A DNA stretch of 64,000 bases from an uncultured Candidatus Saccharibacteria bacterium (GCA_964596395.1 CAZQSY010000002.1:34339-98338), one strand, 5' to 3'. Positions 1 through 10,014 are shown, counted from the stretch's first letter. Notes: generated by a model from the sequence alone, not told the origin. A program made the numbers and translations.

Positions 1-28
1 AAATGAGTACAGCATGTTAATCCGCTTT

Positions 29-268
29 TTATAAAGACGCAAAAAATGCCCTCACTTCGCTTTTGTTTTTTAGTTTTTTCGTTTTGCCGGAGACGGTTTG
101 ATTCTCTATTTTAGTTAAACGGCTTTTATACGTTGGGTTCACTTCATCCTGCGCTATCTGAAAAATGAATTTTTCCAAACGAGCCAAACCGTGCTCAAGA
201 TTCTCTTGGGTCTCCAAAATCTTCATATATTCGCTTTTCGGCAAAGTTACCGTATTCATACGTTTCAT
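29..268 (-). CDS. hypothetical small protein (79 aa), downstream of fusA
   Basis: ORF track only; no recognisable motif; could be spurious. Confidence 0.2.
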   Translation of the reverse strand: MKRMNTVTLPKSEYMKILETQENLEHGLARLEKFIFQIAQDEVNPTYKSRLTKIENQTVSGKTKKLKNKSEVRAFFASL

Positions 269-334
269 ATTACCAAATACAGACGGAATTGCAACACAAA
301 AATTTCGCGGCTTTCCCGTATATTCTGCGGTTAA

Positions 335-2506
335 TTACTTCCTCGACGCAATGATTGTCTCGGCGACGTTTTGCGGCACGATGTCGTAACGCAGGAATTC
401 CATGTTAAAAGATGCGCGGCCTTCGGTCATACTACGCAACCCGGTCATGTAGCCGAACATTTCAGAGAGCGGCACTACTGCCTTGAGTACTTTGTTCATT
501 CCCCGATCTTCCATGCCTTCTATAAGCCCGCGCTTCGAAGAAAGGTTTCCGGTCACGTCGCCCATGAATTTCTCGGGCGTTACTACTTCTACCTTCATCA
601 TCGGCTCAAGAATTACCGGCCGGGCAGATTTGCAAGCGTCCTGAATAGCCATTGAGGCCGCGATTTTGAAAGCCATTTCGTTAGAGTCAACTTCATGGTA
701 CGAGCCGTCCCAAAGGTCCACAGACACATTGACCATCTTGAAGCCCGCCAAAACACCGCGGTCCAGACCTTCGCGAAAGCCCTTCTCGCAGGCCGGAATA
801 TATTCCTGCGGAATCACGCCTCCTTTGATGCTGTTTATGAATTCAAAACCGTTCGCGCGCTTCGTATTTTTCGGCAGGTCTTCAATTTCTTCTTTGGTAA
901 GCTCTTCCATCGGTTTAATTTTTATTCTCACGTGGCCGTAGTTGCCGCGCCCGCCCGACTGCTTGATGTATTTGCCTTCGGCTTCACCCGGCGCCGTGAT
1001 TGTCTCTCTATACGCTACCTGGGGCTTCCCCACATTCGCTTCAACCGAAAATTCCCGCTTCATGCGGTCAACGATGATTTCCAAGTGCAGTTCGCCCATG
1101 CCGGCGATAATTGTCTCACCGGTTTCCTGGTCGGTTGATACCTTGAAGGTCGGGTCTTCCTGGGCCAGGCGGTTTAGAGCCATGCCCATTTTTTCCTGGT
1201 CGGCTTTGGTCTTGGGCTCAATGCGAAGCGATATAACCGGCTCGGGGAAAATAATGCGGTCAAGTTCAATCGGCGAATTTTCGTCGCAGAGAGTATCCGA
1301 GGTAATCGTATCTTTCAGCCCCACCGCAGCGGCGATTTCTCCGGCGAAAACTTTTTTAACTTCTTCACGGTCGTTGGCATGCATGCGAAGTATTCGCCCG
1401 ATGCGTTCTTTGTTCCTGGTACGCGGGTTGTAAATGTACGAACCGGCGGCCAGCGTGCCAGAATAAACACGGAAGAAAATAAGCTGGCCGACAAAGGGGT
1501 CAGCCGCAACTTTAAAAGCAAGCGCCGAAAACGGTTCGGTGTCAGAAGCGTGCCTGAAAATTATTTCATCATTATTATTCGGGTCTGTGCCTTCCACTGG
1601 AGGGATATCAAGAGGAGAAGGCAGGTAGTCAACCACTGCGTCAAGCACCAGCTGTACGCCTTTATTCTTCAAAGCGCTTCCGGCGTATACCGGGAAAATT
1701 TCATTCGCGATAACCCCTTTTCTCAAAATTTTCTTGAGTGTTTCAATATCCGGAATTTTGCCTTCCAGATATTCGTTCATCGCCTTGTCGTCAAGCTCCA
1801 CTATTTTTTCAATCAATTCATGATGGTATTTTTCGGCTTCGGCCTTCAGGTCTTCTGGGATTTCTTTTTCTATGACTTTGTTCCCCATTTCGCCCTCGAA
1901 CGAGTACGCTTTCATCTTAAGCAAGTCTATGACTCCCTCGTGAGTATCTTCGAGGCCGATGGGAATCTGCATGCGCACAGCTTTTTTAGTCAAACGCTCC
2001 AGAATCGTCTTGTAAGAATGTTCAAAAGAAGCGCCGGTGCGATCGAGTTTGTTGACAAAACATATCCTCGGCACTTTCGCTTCATCGGCATAGCGCCAGT
2101 TTGTCTCTGATTGCGGCTCCACTCCGGCCACGCCGTCAAATACCACCACCGCGCCGTCGAGAACGCGAAGCGAACGCTTCACCTCTACAGTAAAGTCGAT
2201 GTGCCCCGGGGTATCGATAATATTGAAACGATGTTTTTTGCTTTTGTCTCCCCCGGCATAAGTCGGCGTCCAGAAACAAGTTACCGCGGCGGCGGTAATG
2301 GTGATGCCGCGTTCTCTCTCTTGCTCCATCCAGTCGGTCACCGTCTCGCCGTCGTGCACTTCGCCGATTTTGTGCGACACGCCGGTATAAAAAAGCACGC
2401 GCTCTGTCGTGGTCGTCTTGCCCGCATCAATGTGGGCGATAATTCCAATATTTCTAACTTTCTCTAAAGGATAATCCCTGTCCATATCTATAGGGTTACC
2501 ACGCAA
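335..2506 (-). CDS. fusA: translation elongation factor G
   Basis: 723 aa with the N-terminal GTPase motifs AHIDAGKTT and DTPGHIDF plus the full EF-G domain order; follows rpsG as in the str operon. Confidence 0.95.
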   Translation of the reverse strand: MRGNPIDMDRDYPLEKVRNIGIIAHIDAGKTTTTERVLFYTGVSHKIGEVHDGETVTDWMEQERERGITITAAAVTCFWTPTYAGGDKSKKHRFNIIDTPGHIDFTVEVKRSLRVLDGAVVVFDGVAGVEPQSETNWRYADEAKVPRICFVNKLDRTGASFEHSYKTILERLTKKAVRMQIPIGLEDTHEGVIDLLKMKAYSFEGEMGNKVIEKEIPEDLKAEAEKYHHELIEKIVELDDKAMNEYLEGKIPDIETLKKILRKGVIANEIFPVYAGSALKNKGVQLVLDAVVDYLPSPLDIPPVEGTDPNNNDEIIFRHASDTEPFSALAFKVAADPFVGQLIFFRVYSGTLAAGSYIYNPRTRNKERIGRILRMHANDREEVKKVFAGEIAAAVGLKDTITSDTLCDENSPIELDRIIFPEPVISLRIEPKTKADQEKMGMALNRLAQEDPTFKVSTDQETGETIIAGMGELHLEIIVDRMKREFSVEANVGKPQVAYRETITAPGEAEGKYIKQSGGRGNYGHVRIKIKPMEELTKEEIEDLPKNTKRANGFEFINSIKGGVIPQEYIPACEKGFREGLDRGVLAGFKMVNVSVDLWDGSYHEVDSNEMAFKIAASMAIQDACKSARPVILEPMMKVEVVTPEKFMGDVTGNLSSKRGLIEGMEDRGMNKVLKAVVPLSEMFGYMTGLRSMTEGRASFNMEFLRYDIVPQNVAETIIASRK

Positions 2507-2966
2507 AATGCGCGAAGGCCTTGTTGGCCTCGGCCATTCGGTGCGTGTCCTCTTTCTTTTTTATAGCCGACCCTTCGTTCTTTGATGCAGAAATAAGTTC
2601 CTCCGCGAGCTTCAGGTGCATCGCCTTGCCCTTTCCTTTTCTGGCGGCGTCGCGAATCCAGCGCATGGCAAGCGCCAAACGGCGTTCCGGCCGCACTTCT
2701 CTCGGCACCTGATAGTTCGCCCCGCCGATGCGCTTTGAGCGCACTTCTACCATTGGGCCGGCGTTCTTCATGGCTAGGTCAAAAACCTCTAGCGGGTTCG
2801 GGTTGCCGATTTTTTCCTTAATCACGTCGAGGGCGCCGTAAACAATTTTTCGGGCCGTCTCTTTCTTGCCCGACCACATGACGTAATTTATAAATTTCTC
2901 CAGTTTTTGGGAGTTGTAAACAAAATCCGGCTGTACTATATTTTTGGCTTTTATTTTCCTGCGCAT
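2496..2966 (-). CDS. rpsG: 30S ribosomal protein S7
   Basis: 156 aa; typical S7 N-terminus (MRRKIKAK...) and C-terminal [13 protein letters not shown]. Confidence 0.95.
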   Translation of the reverse strand: MRRKIKAKNIVQPDFVYNSQKLEKFINYVMWSGKKETARKIVYGALDVIKEKIGNPNPLEVFDLAMKNAGPMVEVRSKRIGGANYQVPREVRPERRLALAMRWIRDAARKGKGKAMHLKLAEELISASKNEGSAIKKKEDTHRMAEANKAFAHFAW

Positions 2967-2968
2967 TT

Positions 2969-3391
2969 TTATTTCTTTGCCTCTTTCGGCTTCTTGTTGC
3001 CGTATAGCGACCTTCCTTGGCGGCGCTTCTCAACTCCCTGAGTATCCAAGACCCCGCGCACGACGTGATAGCGAACCCCAATCAGGTCTTTCACGCGCCC
3101 TCCGCGAAGCACTACTACCGAGTGTTCCTGTAAATTGTGCCCTTCGCCGGGTATGTAAGCGGTAACCTCCATGCCGTTGGTAAGGCGCACTCTGGCGATT
3201 TTGCGGAGCGCCGAGTTCGGCTTTTTCGGAGTGGTAGTCGTGACTTTCGTGCACACTCCTCTCTTGAACGGAGAATAGTAGTAAACAGGTTTGTTTTTCA
3301 AGACGTTAAATCCGCGAGTAAGAGCCACCGTCTTGTCTTTGCGGTATGTTTTCTTCCTGCTTTTTTTGACTAGTTGGTTGATTGTCGGCAT
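2969..3391 (-). CDS. rpsL: 30S ribosomal protein S12
   Basis: 140 aa; [10 protein letters not shown]... [15 protein letters not shown] motifs. Confidence 0.95.
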   Translation of the reverse strand: MPTINQLVKKSRKKTYRKDKTVALTRGFNVLKNKPVYYYSPFKRGVCTKVTTTTPKKPNSALRKIARVRLTNGMEVTAYIPGEGHNLQEHSVVVLRGGRVKDLIGVRYHVVRGVLDTQGVEKRRQGRSLYGNKKPKEAKK

Positions 3392-3446
3392 TTATAAATA
3401 AAATAGTCCTCCTCGGACTTCGGGAGACAATATACTATTTAAGCGT

Positions 3447-4070
3447 CTAAATTGCAAGCCCCGTAACCAGATGGTAAGCCAGGGCAAGCACCGGATACAG
3501 ATAATCGGTGAAAAAAAACACAAAGACAAGCAGAAGCATGAGTGAGTAATTTTCCAAGAAAGAGACGAGCCCGTACATTGAATCAGGCAGGAGTGAGAAA
3601 AGTATTTTCGAGCCGTCCAGGGGCGGTATCGGCACCAGATTAAAAATCGCCAGACCCAGATTCACCAGAATAATGTAAGAAACGATGGAAAAGAAATCCG
3701 GCGATATGTTTTGCGCGCCAAGGGTGAAACGCAGTAAAATTCCGAACAGAACGGCAATAAGTATGTTCGCCAGCACTCCGGCCGCGGCCACGGCCAGGGT
3801 CCCCCATTTCTTGTTCGAAAGATTGTCGGGATTGTAAGGCACAGGGCGCGCCCAGCCGAAAAGAACCGGCGAATGCGTAATAACCAGAATGGCCGGCAAA
3901 ATAACCGAACCGAAAATATCCAGATGCTTCAGGGGATTTAAGGTAAGCCGCCCGGCATAAAGCGCTGTTTTGTCGCCAAAACGCAAAGCCACGAAACCGT
4001 GCGAGACCTCGTGGATGACCACCGACATTATGAGCACTGCTATGAAAAATATCGTATCGATACCCTGCAT
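3447..4070 (-). CDS. M50-family (site-2 protease-like) membrane metallopeptidase
   Basis: HEVSHG (HExxH) in a polytopic membrane protein, 207 aa. Confidence 0.65.
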   Translation of the reverse strand: MQGIDTIFFIAVLIMSVVIHEVSHGFVALRFGDKTALYAGRLTLNPLKHLDIFGSVILPAILVITHSPVLFGWARPVPYNPDNLSNKKWGTLAVAAAGVLANILIAVLFGILLRFTLGAQNISPDFFSIVSYIILVNLGLAIFNLVPIPPLDGSKILFSLLPDSMYGLVSFLENYSLMLLLVFVFFFTDYLYPVLALAYHLVTGLAI

Positions 4071-4138
4071 GTTGTCTTGTGATTAAAAAAACGCCTTACT
4101 TGATAAACTTCAACTTCCATGATAGCATGCAGAACACT

Positions 4139-4390
4139 ATGGCGAAAATGTGTGATATTACGAAAAAGGGCTCGTTTGTCGGGGGCGGATATTCCAACCG
4201 CACCCGCGCGACCAAATTCAACCCGACCGGCAAAGCGCGGAAGTATCCGAACCTGCAAAAAAAGAAAATTTTCGTCCCTGAGCTCGGCAAAAGCATGTCT
4301 TTGCAGATTTCAACCAAAGGTCTGCGCACGATGAAAAAGAACGGCGCCTACTCGACGCTCCTCAAAGCGGGGCTGGTGAAAGCGAAATAA
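4139..4390 (+). CDS. rpmB: 50S ribosomal protein L28
   Basis: MAKMCDITKKG...TK...PNL...KG pattern matches L28; start refined to an internal ATG of ORF 4079..4390. Confidence 0.75.
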   Translation: MAKMCDITKKGSFVGGGYSNRTRATKFNPTGKARKYPNLQKKKIFVPELGKSMSLQISTKGLRTMKKNGAYSTLLKAGLVKAK

Positions 4391-4397
4391 TATCTTC

Positions 4398-4769
4398 TTA
4401 AGTCTTAAAACTTATTATTTTACTTGTATCAACTTCTACGAAATCATGAGCGAGCTCTTCGGGAGTTTCTTTGCTTCGAGAAAATAATAAAACTTTTTCA
4501 GCCTTCCCATAAAAAACATCCGGGGATTTTCCCTCAAACAAATCATTGTTTCCATTGGCAACTTCCTTGTTCTCGTTTAAGGAAAAACCTTTAATGAATT
4601 TCCGAAAACCGCCCTTTGAAATTAATTCTATTTCTGCTACTTCAATTACGCACTTAATTTCCAACATTTTACGGAACATATCAGCGAGTTCCAGACATTT
4701 AAATGGATTGGGTCTTAGTTTTTCATGTTTACTTTCGGGGGTAATGCCCCCTCGTGGCTGTTCTCTCAT
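4398..4769 (-). CDS. hypothetical protein
   Basis: ORF only, AT-rich, no motif recognised. Confidence 0.3.
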   Translation of the reverse strand: MREQPRGGITPESKHEKLRPNPFKCLELADMFRKMLEIKCVIEVAEIELISKGGFRKFIKGFSLNENKEVANGNNDLFEGKSPDVFYGKAEKVLLFSRSKETPEELAHDFVEVDTSKIISFKT

Positions 4770-4805
4770 GCTTTAATTTTACAACGAATTACTTCAAAGA
4801 CAATA

Positions 4806-6020
4806 TTACACAAACGTCAGCGCGATGCCTTTTTTGCCCGCCCGGCCGGTGCGGCCGATGCGGTGCACATAAGTATCGTAGGTTTGCGGAATATCGTAGT
4901 TAATAACATGCGTAACATTCGGTATATCCAATCCCCTGGCGGCTACATCCGTCGCGATTAGTATGCTAATCTGGTCTTTCTTAAACAAATCCAGAGTGCG
5001 TATGCGTTCGCGGCTTCTCTTGTTCCCATGAATACACCCGACCTTAAACCCCAAACGGGTCAAATCTTCGGTGAGAGAATCGACGCTGTGTTTCATTTCC
5101 CGAAAAATCAGAACTTTACCTGATTCTTCCCTTTTCAAAACCTCGCGCAATTTTAAGAGTTTTTCTTCTTTGGTGCTGGTACGGATAACATCCTGGTCTA
5201 TATTCTTCGCTGTCAGACCCGAAACCACGGATATAAAAACCGGGTCTTTTAGAAATTCAGTCGCCAGCTTTTTGACTTCCGGCGAAAGCGTTGCCGAAAA
5301 GAAAAGGGTCTGCCTTTCGGCGGACGTCTTTGAAAGTATGAAAACCATCTCCTTGCGAAAGCCCATGTCGAGCATCCTATCTGCTTCGTCCAAAACCACG
5401 CTTCGGCATGAAGATAAATCCAAAACCTTTTTCTCCATCAAATCGCGCAATCTTCCCGGAGTGCCGATGACGAAAGATACCCCCATCTGTATCTCTCTTA
5501 TTTGCTTGTTTATCGGAAGTCCCCCCACGCAAGCCGCCGAGAACATGCCGAAACCGAAAGCAAGTTTCCTGAAATCGCTCTCTATCTGAAGCGCGAGCTC
5601 GCGGGTCGGAGCCATTATCAAGACCGTCTCTCTTTTGGCCTGCCCTTTGGTCTTGGAAATTTTTTCAATCAGCGGCAAGAGAAACGCGGCGGTCTTCCCT
5701 GTACCGGTGTTGGCCATGCCAAAAACATCCTTGCCTTCCATGATTGGAATGATTGCCTGGTCTTGAATAGGCCTAGGGCTCGCGAAGCCGGCTCTCTCTA
5801 TATTTTTATGAAGTCCCGCATGAAAAGAAAAATCCGCGAATGTATGTTTTGATATGTAGGGTTTTTCCTCTGCGTGCTCCGCCTTTTTTACGAAACGAGA
5901 AAAATCTATCCGCTCGCCGCGGAGCTTTCTTATATTGTTTTTTCTAAAATTTGGCTTTCTTCGAAAAGAAGAACCCCGATTCCCGAGCTTTGTCGGGAAC
6001 CCCGAACGATGACTGTACAT
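4806..6020 (-). CDS. DEAD-box ATP-dependent RNA helicase with basic N-terminal extension
   Basis: Q-motif PRPIQ, Walker A ANTGTGKT, DEAD (VLDEADRML), SAT, HRIGRTGR motifs. Confidence 0.9.
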   Translation of the reverse strand: MYSHRSGFPTKLGNRGSSFRRKPNFRKNNIRKLRGERIDFSRFVKKAEHAEEKPYISKHTFADFSFHAGLHKNIERAGFASPRPIQDQAIIPIMEGKDVFGMANTGTGKTAAFLLPLIEKISKTKGQAKRETVLIMAPTRELALQIESDFRKLAFGFGMFSAACVGGLPINKQIREIQMGVSFVIGTPGRLRDLMEKKVLDLSSCRSVVLDEADRMLDMGFRKEMVFILSKTSAERQTLFFSATLSPEVKKLATEFLKDPVFISVVSGLTAKNIDQDVIRTSTKEEKLLKLREVLKREESGKVLIFREMKHSVDSLTEDLTRLGFKVGCIHGNKRSRERIRTLDLFKKDQISILIATDVAARGLDIPNVTHVINYDIPQTYDTYVHRIGRTGRAGKKGIALTFV

Positions 6021-6117
6021 AATGGGTCACTCCCAATATGTAGTAGAGAGAATGATATATCAAGTATATCACGCTAGCGCCTAAAAGTCAATCTTTTTGT
6101 GCTTTCGAAGAAATTAT

Positions 6118-6639
6118 CTAGAACTGTCGCCCTAATATATTTTTCGAGTTTCTGGGATTAAACAAAATTTCGCTATCTTTTAGCAAGTAAACCTTCTTAA
6201 TATCCAACTTCAGCATGTTCCCCCAACACACATCACAACACCACCAATGTCCCCACAAATATAAATCAACGTTTTTTTCCGAAAACCCATCCTTGATTAA
6301 CTTCTCGGTTGCGCGGTATTCGGCGTGACTTTTCTTATTGGCGCATCCGGGACACATCCAATATTTTTCACCCGTAGGTATGTGTAATAAGTGTCTTATG
6401 CAGTATTTTTTATGTATATTGATAAAAAGTTTGTTAGATAAAGGGTTTCTGTTTGAGGCAGTAACCAAAATCTGACCGTCGTGCACTAACGCAACTCCAG
6501 TAGGCTGTTGCTGGTCGTTAGAAAATTTAGCCTCTTCTCTGGCTCGAGCCATGAAATTATTTTCAATGTCAACACAAGAAACGCTACACCCTTCCGGTAG
6601 ATAAGGATATTTTATATTTCTGGCCTGCGTGTTTCCCAT
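6118..6639 (-). CDS. CMP/dCMP deaminase-family zinc-binding protein (atypical)
   Basis: VALVHDGQILVTASNRNP ... HAE ... CCDVC resembles the dCMP deaminase core; extra Cys pairs (CPGC, CSVSC); true start may be the internal MARAREEA. Confidence 0.5.
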   Translation of the reverse strand: MGNTQARNIKYPYLPEGCSVSCVDIENNFMARAREEAKFSNDQQQPTGVALVHDGQILVTASNRNPLSNKLFINIHKKYCIRHLLHIPTGEKYWMCPGCANKKSHAEYRATEKLIKDGFSEKNVDLYLWGHWWCCDVCWGNMLKLDIKKVYLLKDSEILFNPRNSKNILGRQF

Positions 6640-6656
6640 GCGATATAATATACGCT

Positions 6657-7505
6657 ATGACCACCTTTGACACAATCTATCAGAACATTATTGGGAAAAT
6701 AATGAGAGAAGGCGTGGAGGAGCTTAACGAGCGTACGGGGCACAAGATAAAAATTCTGCCGGGCGTAAATTTTCAAATCGATGTCGAGAAGGATGGCTTC
6801 CCTATCCTAACCTTGCGTAAAAATCCGATAAAATCTCCCATCGCTGAGCAAGTTTGGTTTTTGACTGGAGAAAAAAATACTAATTTTTTAAGAAAATATA
6901 CAAAAATGTGGGACGAGTTTACCGAGGCAGATGGAACTATAACTTCAGCTTACGGATACCGTTGGAGACATCATTTCGGCAGAGACCAAATTGACCAACT
7001 TATAAAACACCTTACCGAAGAACCTCATTCCAGACAGGGAGTAGTGATAACCTGGGACGCATCAGATGACGGATTATATGGCAAAGGATTGAAAGCAACT
7101 TACAAAAAAAACGCGCCGTGTCCTTTTGCTTTTACCGCAAACATAATCGGCGGCCGTCTTTGTTTACACAACATAGTGCGGTCTAACGATATGATGCTGG
7201 GCTGCCCTTTTGATACATTTGGTTTCTGCTTGCTCATGTATGCTCTGGCACAAAAGCTTGAAGTGCGCCCCGGAATATACACGCACACGATTTCTAACGC
7301 GCACATTTATGATACACACTATGAAGGAGCAAGGGAACTGTTACGCAGAACAAACTCACATGAAAATATTTTCCCGGTACTTCCAAAAAATATTTACGAT
7401 AGAGCTTTTCATAAAGATGAAACATTGGTAGAGGAAATTTATCAATCGTTTGCGCCTTATTTCAAGCCAAACGAACCTATTACCGGTCTTGATATAATAA
7501 AATAA
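6657..7505 (+). CDS. thymidylate synthase (ThyA)-family protein with an atypical active site (possibly dCMP-specific)
   Basis: 282 aa; aligns by eye to ThyA over its length (WFL.G..N, WDE, RSxD, catalytic Cys in APCP); PCH is replaced by PCP and the conserved PFNIASYALL by PFDTFGFCLL. Confidence 0.85.
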   Translation: MTTFDTIYQNIIGKIMREGVEELNERTGHKIKILPGVNFQIDVEKDGFPILTLRKNPIKSPIAEQVWFLTGEKNTNFLRKYTKMWDEFTEADGTITSAYGYRWRHHFGRDQIDQLIKHLTEEPHSRQGVVITWDASDDGLYGKGLKATYKKNAPCPFAFTANIIGGRLCLHNIVRSNDMMLGCPFDTFGFCLLMYALAQKLEVRPGIYTHTISNAHIYDTHYEGARELLRRTNSHENIFPVLPKNIYDRAFHKDETLVEEIYQSFAPYFKPNEPITGLDIIK

Positions 7506-8002
7506 TGATTTCTATCATTGCCGCTATCGGGAAAAATAACGAACTTGGGAAAGATAACACTCTGCCTTGGCGCCTGCCGGCGGATATGAAACACTTCAAA
7601 GAAATCACCTCAGGACACGCGGTAGTAATGGGACAGAAGACCTTTGAATCCATCGGTTCGCCGCTCGCCGGCAGGCGCAATATTGTGATGTCAAAAGACC
7701 CTTCATACGATACTCCCGGGACAGAGGTAGCGCATTCGCTAGAAGAACTTGAAAAAATTTTGAAAAACACTGTGCCGCTTGAAGAAGAAGTTTTTATCAT
7801 TGGTGGTGGGCAGATATACAAGCTCATACTAGAGAAAGCAGACCGGCTTTACATCACGCATGTGCTTGAATCTTTCCCCGAAGCGGACACTTTTTTCCCA
7901 GAGATAAATTCGGCTATCTGGAAAGAGTCCTCCCGTGAAGAACACGAGCCGGACGACAAAAATCCGCATCGTTATGCTTTTTCGGTGTACGAGAGAATTT
8001 AA
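7505..8002 (+). CDS. folA: dihydrofolate reductase
   Basis: MISIIAAIGKNNELGKDNTLPWRLPADMKHFK is the classic DHFR N-terminus; start overlaps the upstream stop (ATAATGA). Confidence 0.9.
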   Translation: MISIIAAIGKNNELGKDNTLPWRLPADMKHFKEITSGHAVVMGQKTFESIGSPLAGRRNIVMSKDPSYDTPGTEVAHSLEELEKILKNTVPLEEEVFIIGGGQIYKLILEKADRLYITHVLESFPEADTFFPEINSAIWKESSREEHEPDDKNPHRYAFSVYERI

Positions 8003-8328
8003 GGGTCTTCGGGTGTTCTGACTCTTACAAAAATATCTTTCCCTTCGGGTGTCTTTTCTTTCCTGTATTTTCTTTTTTTATTAATCTCGATTTTCCTAGT
8101 TACTTCTTTCTCTAGGTCAAATCCAAAAATCTCGCATATGCCGAGCAGAAAAATGGCGACATCTGCAAGCTCCTCCGCCACACCATCTTCTCCGCGATTA
8201 TGTTTCTTGAACGCTTCAGAAAGTTCTTCGTGAGCGCGGCAAAATTCTTGGGCGATATCGGTCGTGTTAAAACCTTTTTCTATTTTATTCCGCATTACCT
8301 CCTTTTGCAGTTGCTTCAGGTTTACCAT
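7999..8328 (-). CDS. MazG-like nucleoside triphosphate pyrophosphohydrolase
   Basis: 109 aa; EELSEA...EELADVAIFLL is the MazG/NTP-PPase EExxE/D core. Confidence 0.65.
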   Translation of the reverse strand: MVNLKQLQKEVMRNKIEKGFNTTDIAQEFCRAHEELSEAFKKHNRGEDGVAEELADVAIFLLGICEIFGFDLEKEVTRKIEINKKRKYRKEKTPEGKDIFVRVRTPEDP

Positions 8329-8329
8329 T

Positions 8330-8716
8330 TTATTTTTTGCAAATAATTTTTTTAATTCCTAAGCTATTGGCCATCTTTGCGCACGCTTCGCAAGGCGCAA
8401 CTTCACAATACATTGTGGCACCATTCAAAGAAATATCAGAATTTAATGCTTGCTTCATAGCATTATGTTCGGAATGAATTGTCCTAGCGCAATAACTACC
8501 AACCTTTCCATCATGCCCGACATCACTGCAGTGCGGTAATCCAGAAGCTGAACCCAGATATCCAGTAGAGAGAATTCTGTTGTCTCGGGTTATAACACAA
8601 CCCCTACCGCCTCGGTCGCAAGTAGCGCGCAAACTCACCGCATCAACTATATCCAAAAAATATTCATCCCAGGACGGTCTCTTGTATTTTTCAGATTTTC
8701 CGGCGAGTTTCTTCAT
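8330..8716 (-). CDS. deoxycytidylate (dCMP) deaminase, ComEB-like
   Basis: WDEYFL...HSEHNAM...APCEACAKM zinc-binding motifs of the cytidine/dCMP deaminase fold. Confidence 0.8.
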   Translation of the reverse strand: MKKLAGKSEKYKRPSWDEYFLDIVDAVSLRATCDRGGRGCVITRDNRILSTGYLGSASGLPHCSDVGHDGKVGSYCARTIHSEHNAMKQALNSDISLNGATMYCEVAPCEACAKMANSLGIKKIICKK

Positions 8717-8754
8717 TCCTCTAAATATACTCTGGGGATGAAAAAATTACAACA

Positions 8755-8790
8755 AATCAAAAAGCGCCCGAGAGGGCGCTTTCATTATTT
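8755..8790 (-). terminator. intrinsic terminator downstream of rplK
   Basis: hairpin GCGCCCgagaGGGCGC followed by a T-run on the minus strand. Confidence 0.6.
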
Positions 8791-9214
8791 AGTCCTTCAC
8801 TTCGATACCCATGCTTCGGGCCGAACCGGCGATAATCCTTATCGCGCCTTCATCGTCTTTGGCATTCAGGTCTTTCTTTTTCTTTCCGGCAATTTCTAAG
8901 GCCTGGGCCTTGGTGATTTTTCCGGCCTTGCTTAAGACATTCTTGCCCGAACCCTTCTCTATCCCGGCGGCTTTCAAAATTAGGTTGGTGGCCGGAGGCG
9001 TCTTGACTATGAAATCATAACTTCGGTCTTCATACACCGTGATGTGCACAGTGACTTTGTTGCCCGCCAGTTCTTTTGACGCCGCATTGAATTTGGTCAC
9101 GAAGTCGCCGATATTTATGCCGGCCTGTCCCAAGGCGGGGCCGAGTGGCGGGGCCGGAGTGGCCTTGGCGGCCTCCGTTATTATTTTCACTCTTTTGATT
9201 ACTTTCTTTGCCAT
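8789..9214 (-). CDS. rplK: 50S ribosomal protein L11
   Basis: 141 aa; PPLGPALGQAGINI motif. Confidence 0.95.
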   Translation of the reverse strand: MAKKVIKRVKIITEAAKATPAPPLGPALGQAGINIGDFVTKFNAASKELAGNKVTVHITVYEDRSYDFIVKTPPATNLILKAAGIEKGSGKNVLSKAGKITKAQALEIAGKKKKDLNAKDDEGAIRIIAGSARSMGIEVKD

Positions 9215-9232
9215 ATATTTTTTGAGATTACC

Positions 9233-9778
9233 TTATGTCTTCTTAACTTGCAAGAAATCCAGTTCTACCGGGGTTTCTCTGCCGAACATTGATACCAGCA
9301 CCTTGACCTTGCCCCTCTCCTGGTCTACCGAGCTCACTTTGCCTTCTAGGTCTTTGAACGGCCCGTCGGCAATTAGCACCGTCTCGTCTATCGCCAGGTC
9401 TATATTGTGCTTGGCCACGCCGGTATCCATTTTCTTGAAAAGGTATTCAACTTCCTCTTTGCGAAGGGGTACCGGATTCACTCCCGCGCCTACGAAACCG
9501 GTAACCCGCGGAGTATTCCGCACCACGTACCAGGAATCGTCGGTCACAATCATGTCTACCAGCACATACCCGGGGTAAATTTTTTCTTCCACTTCGACCC
9601 GCTTGCCTCCTTTTATTTTTATTTTTTTCTCCGTCGGCACAACCACGCTAAAAATCTTGTCGTTCATGCCGAGCGACTCTATACGCTGTTTCAAGTTTCG
9701 CAGGACCACATTCTCGTAGCCGGCGTAAGTGTGAATGGCGTACCAGTTTCTAGCGCCTTGTGCTTCTTGTTTGGACAT
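9233..9778 (-). CDS. nusG: transcription termination/antitermination factor NusG
   Basis: NWYAIHTYAGYE NGN domain plus C-terminal KOW; conserved secE-nusG-rplK order. Confidence 0.95.
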   Translation of the reverse strand: MSKQEAQGARNWYAIHTYAGYENVVLRNLKQRIESLGMNDKIFSVVVPTEKKIKIKGGKRVEVEEKIYPGYVLVDMIVTDDSWYVVRNTPRVTGFVGAGVNPVPLRKEEVEYLFKKMDTGVAKHNIDLAIDETVLIADGPFKDLEGKVSSVDQERGKVKVLVSMFGRETPVELDFLQVKKT

Positions 9779-9781
9779 AGT

Positions 9782-9967
9782 TTAAAAAGACAGGAAATTC
9801 TTCAACCCTTGCAGGAAAGCATAGTCAAAAAGGCCGAGCAGGTAGGCCACCGATACCGAGAGCAATACTACTATCAGCGTATAATAAATGGTCTGGCGCT
9901 TGCTTGGCCATACCACATGTTTGAGCTCCAACTTCGTTTCTTGTATGTATTCGTTGAATTTTGACAT
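9782..9967 (-). CDS. secE: preprotein translocase subunit SecE
   Basis: 61 aa single-TM protein immediately upstream of nusG. Confidence 0.8.
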   Translation of the reverse strand: MSKFNEYIQETKLELKHVVWPSKRQTIYYTLIVVLLSVSVAYLLGLFDYAFLQGLKNFLSF

Positions 9968-9984
9968 TTAATTTCTCTGCCTTA

Positions 9985-10014
9985 TTTTAAAAAAGCCCCT
10001 GCCAGGGCTTTTTT
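9985..10014. terminator. bidirectional intrinsic terminator
   Basis: AAAAAAGCCCCTGccaGGGCTTTTTT. Confidence 0.6.

Noticed and set aside
371-2467. Several long ORFs antisense to fusA (371..655, 695..1138, 942..1433, 1379..2110, 2111..2467)
   Set aside because: They lie entirely inside the well-supported EF-G gene on the opposite strand and have no recognisable motifs. They are typical shadow ORFs.
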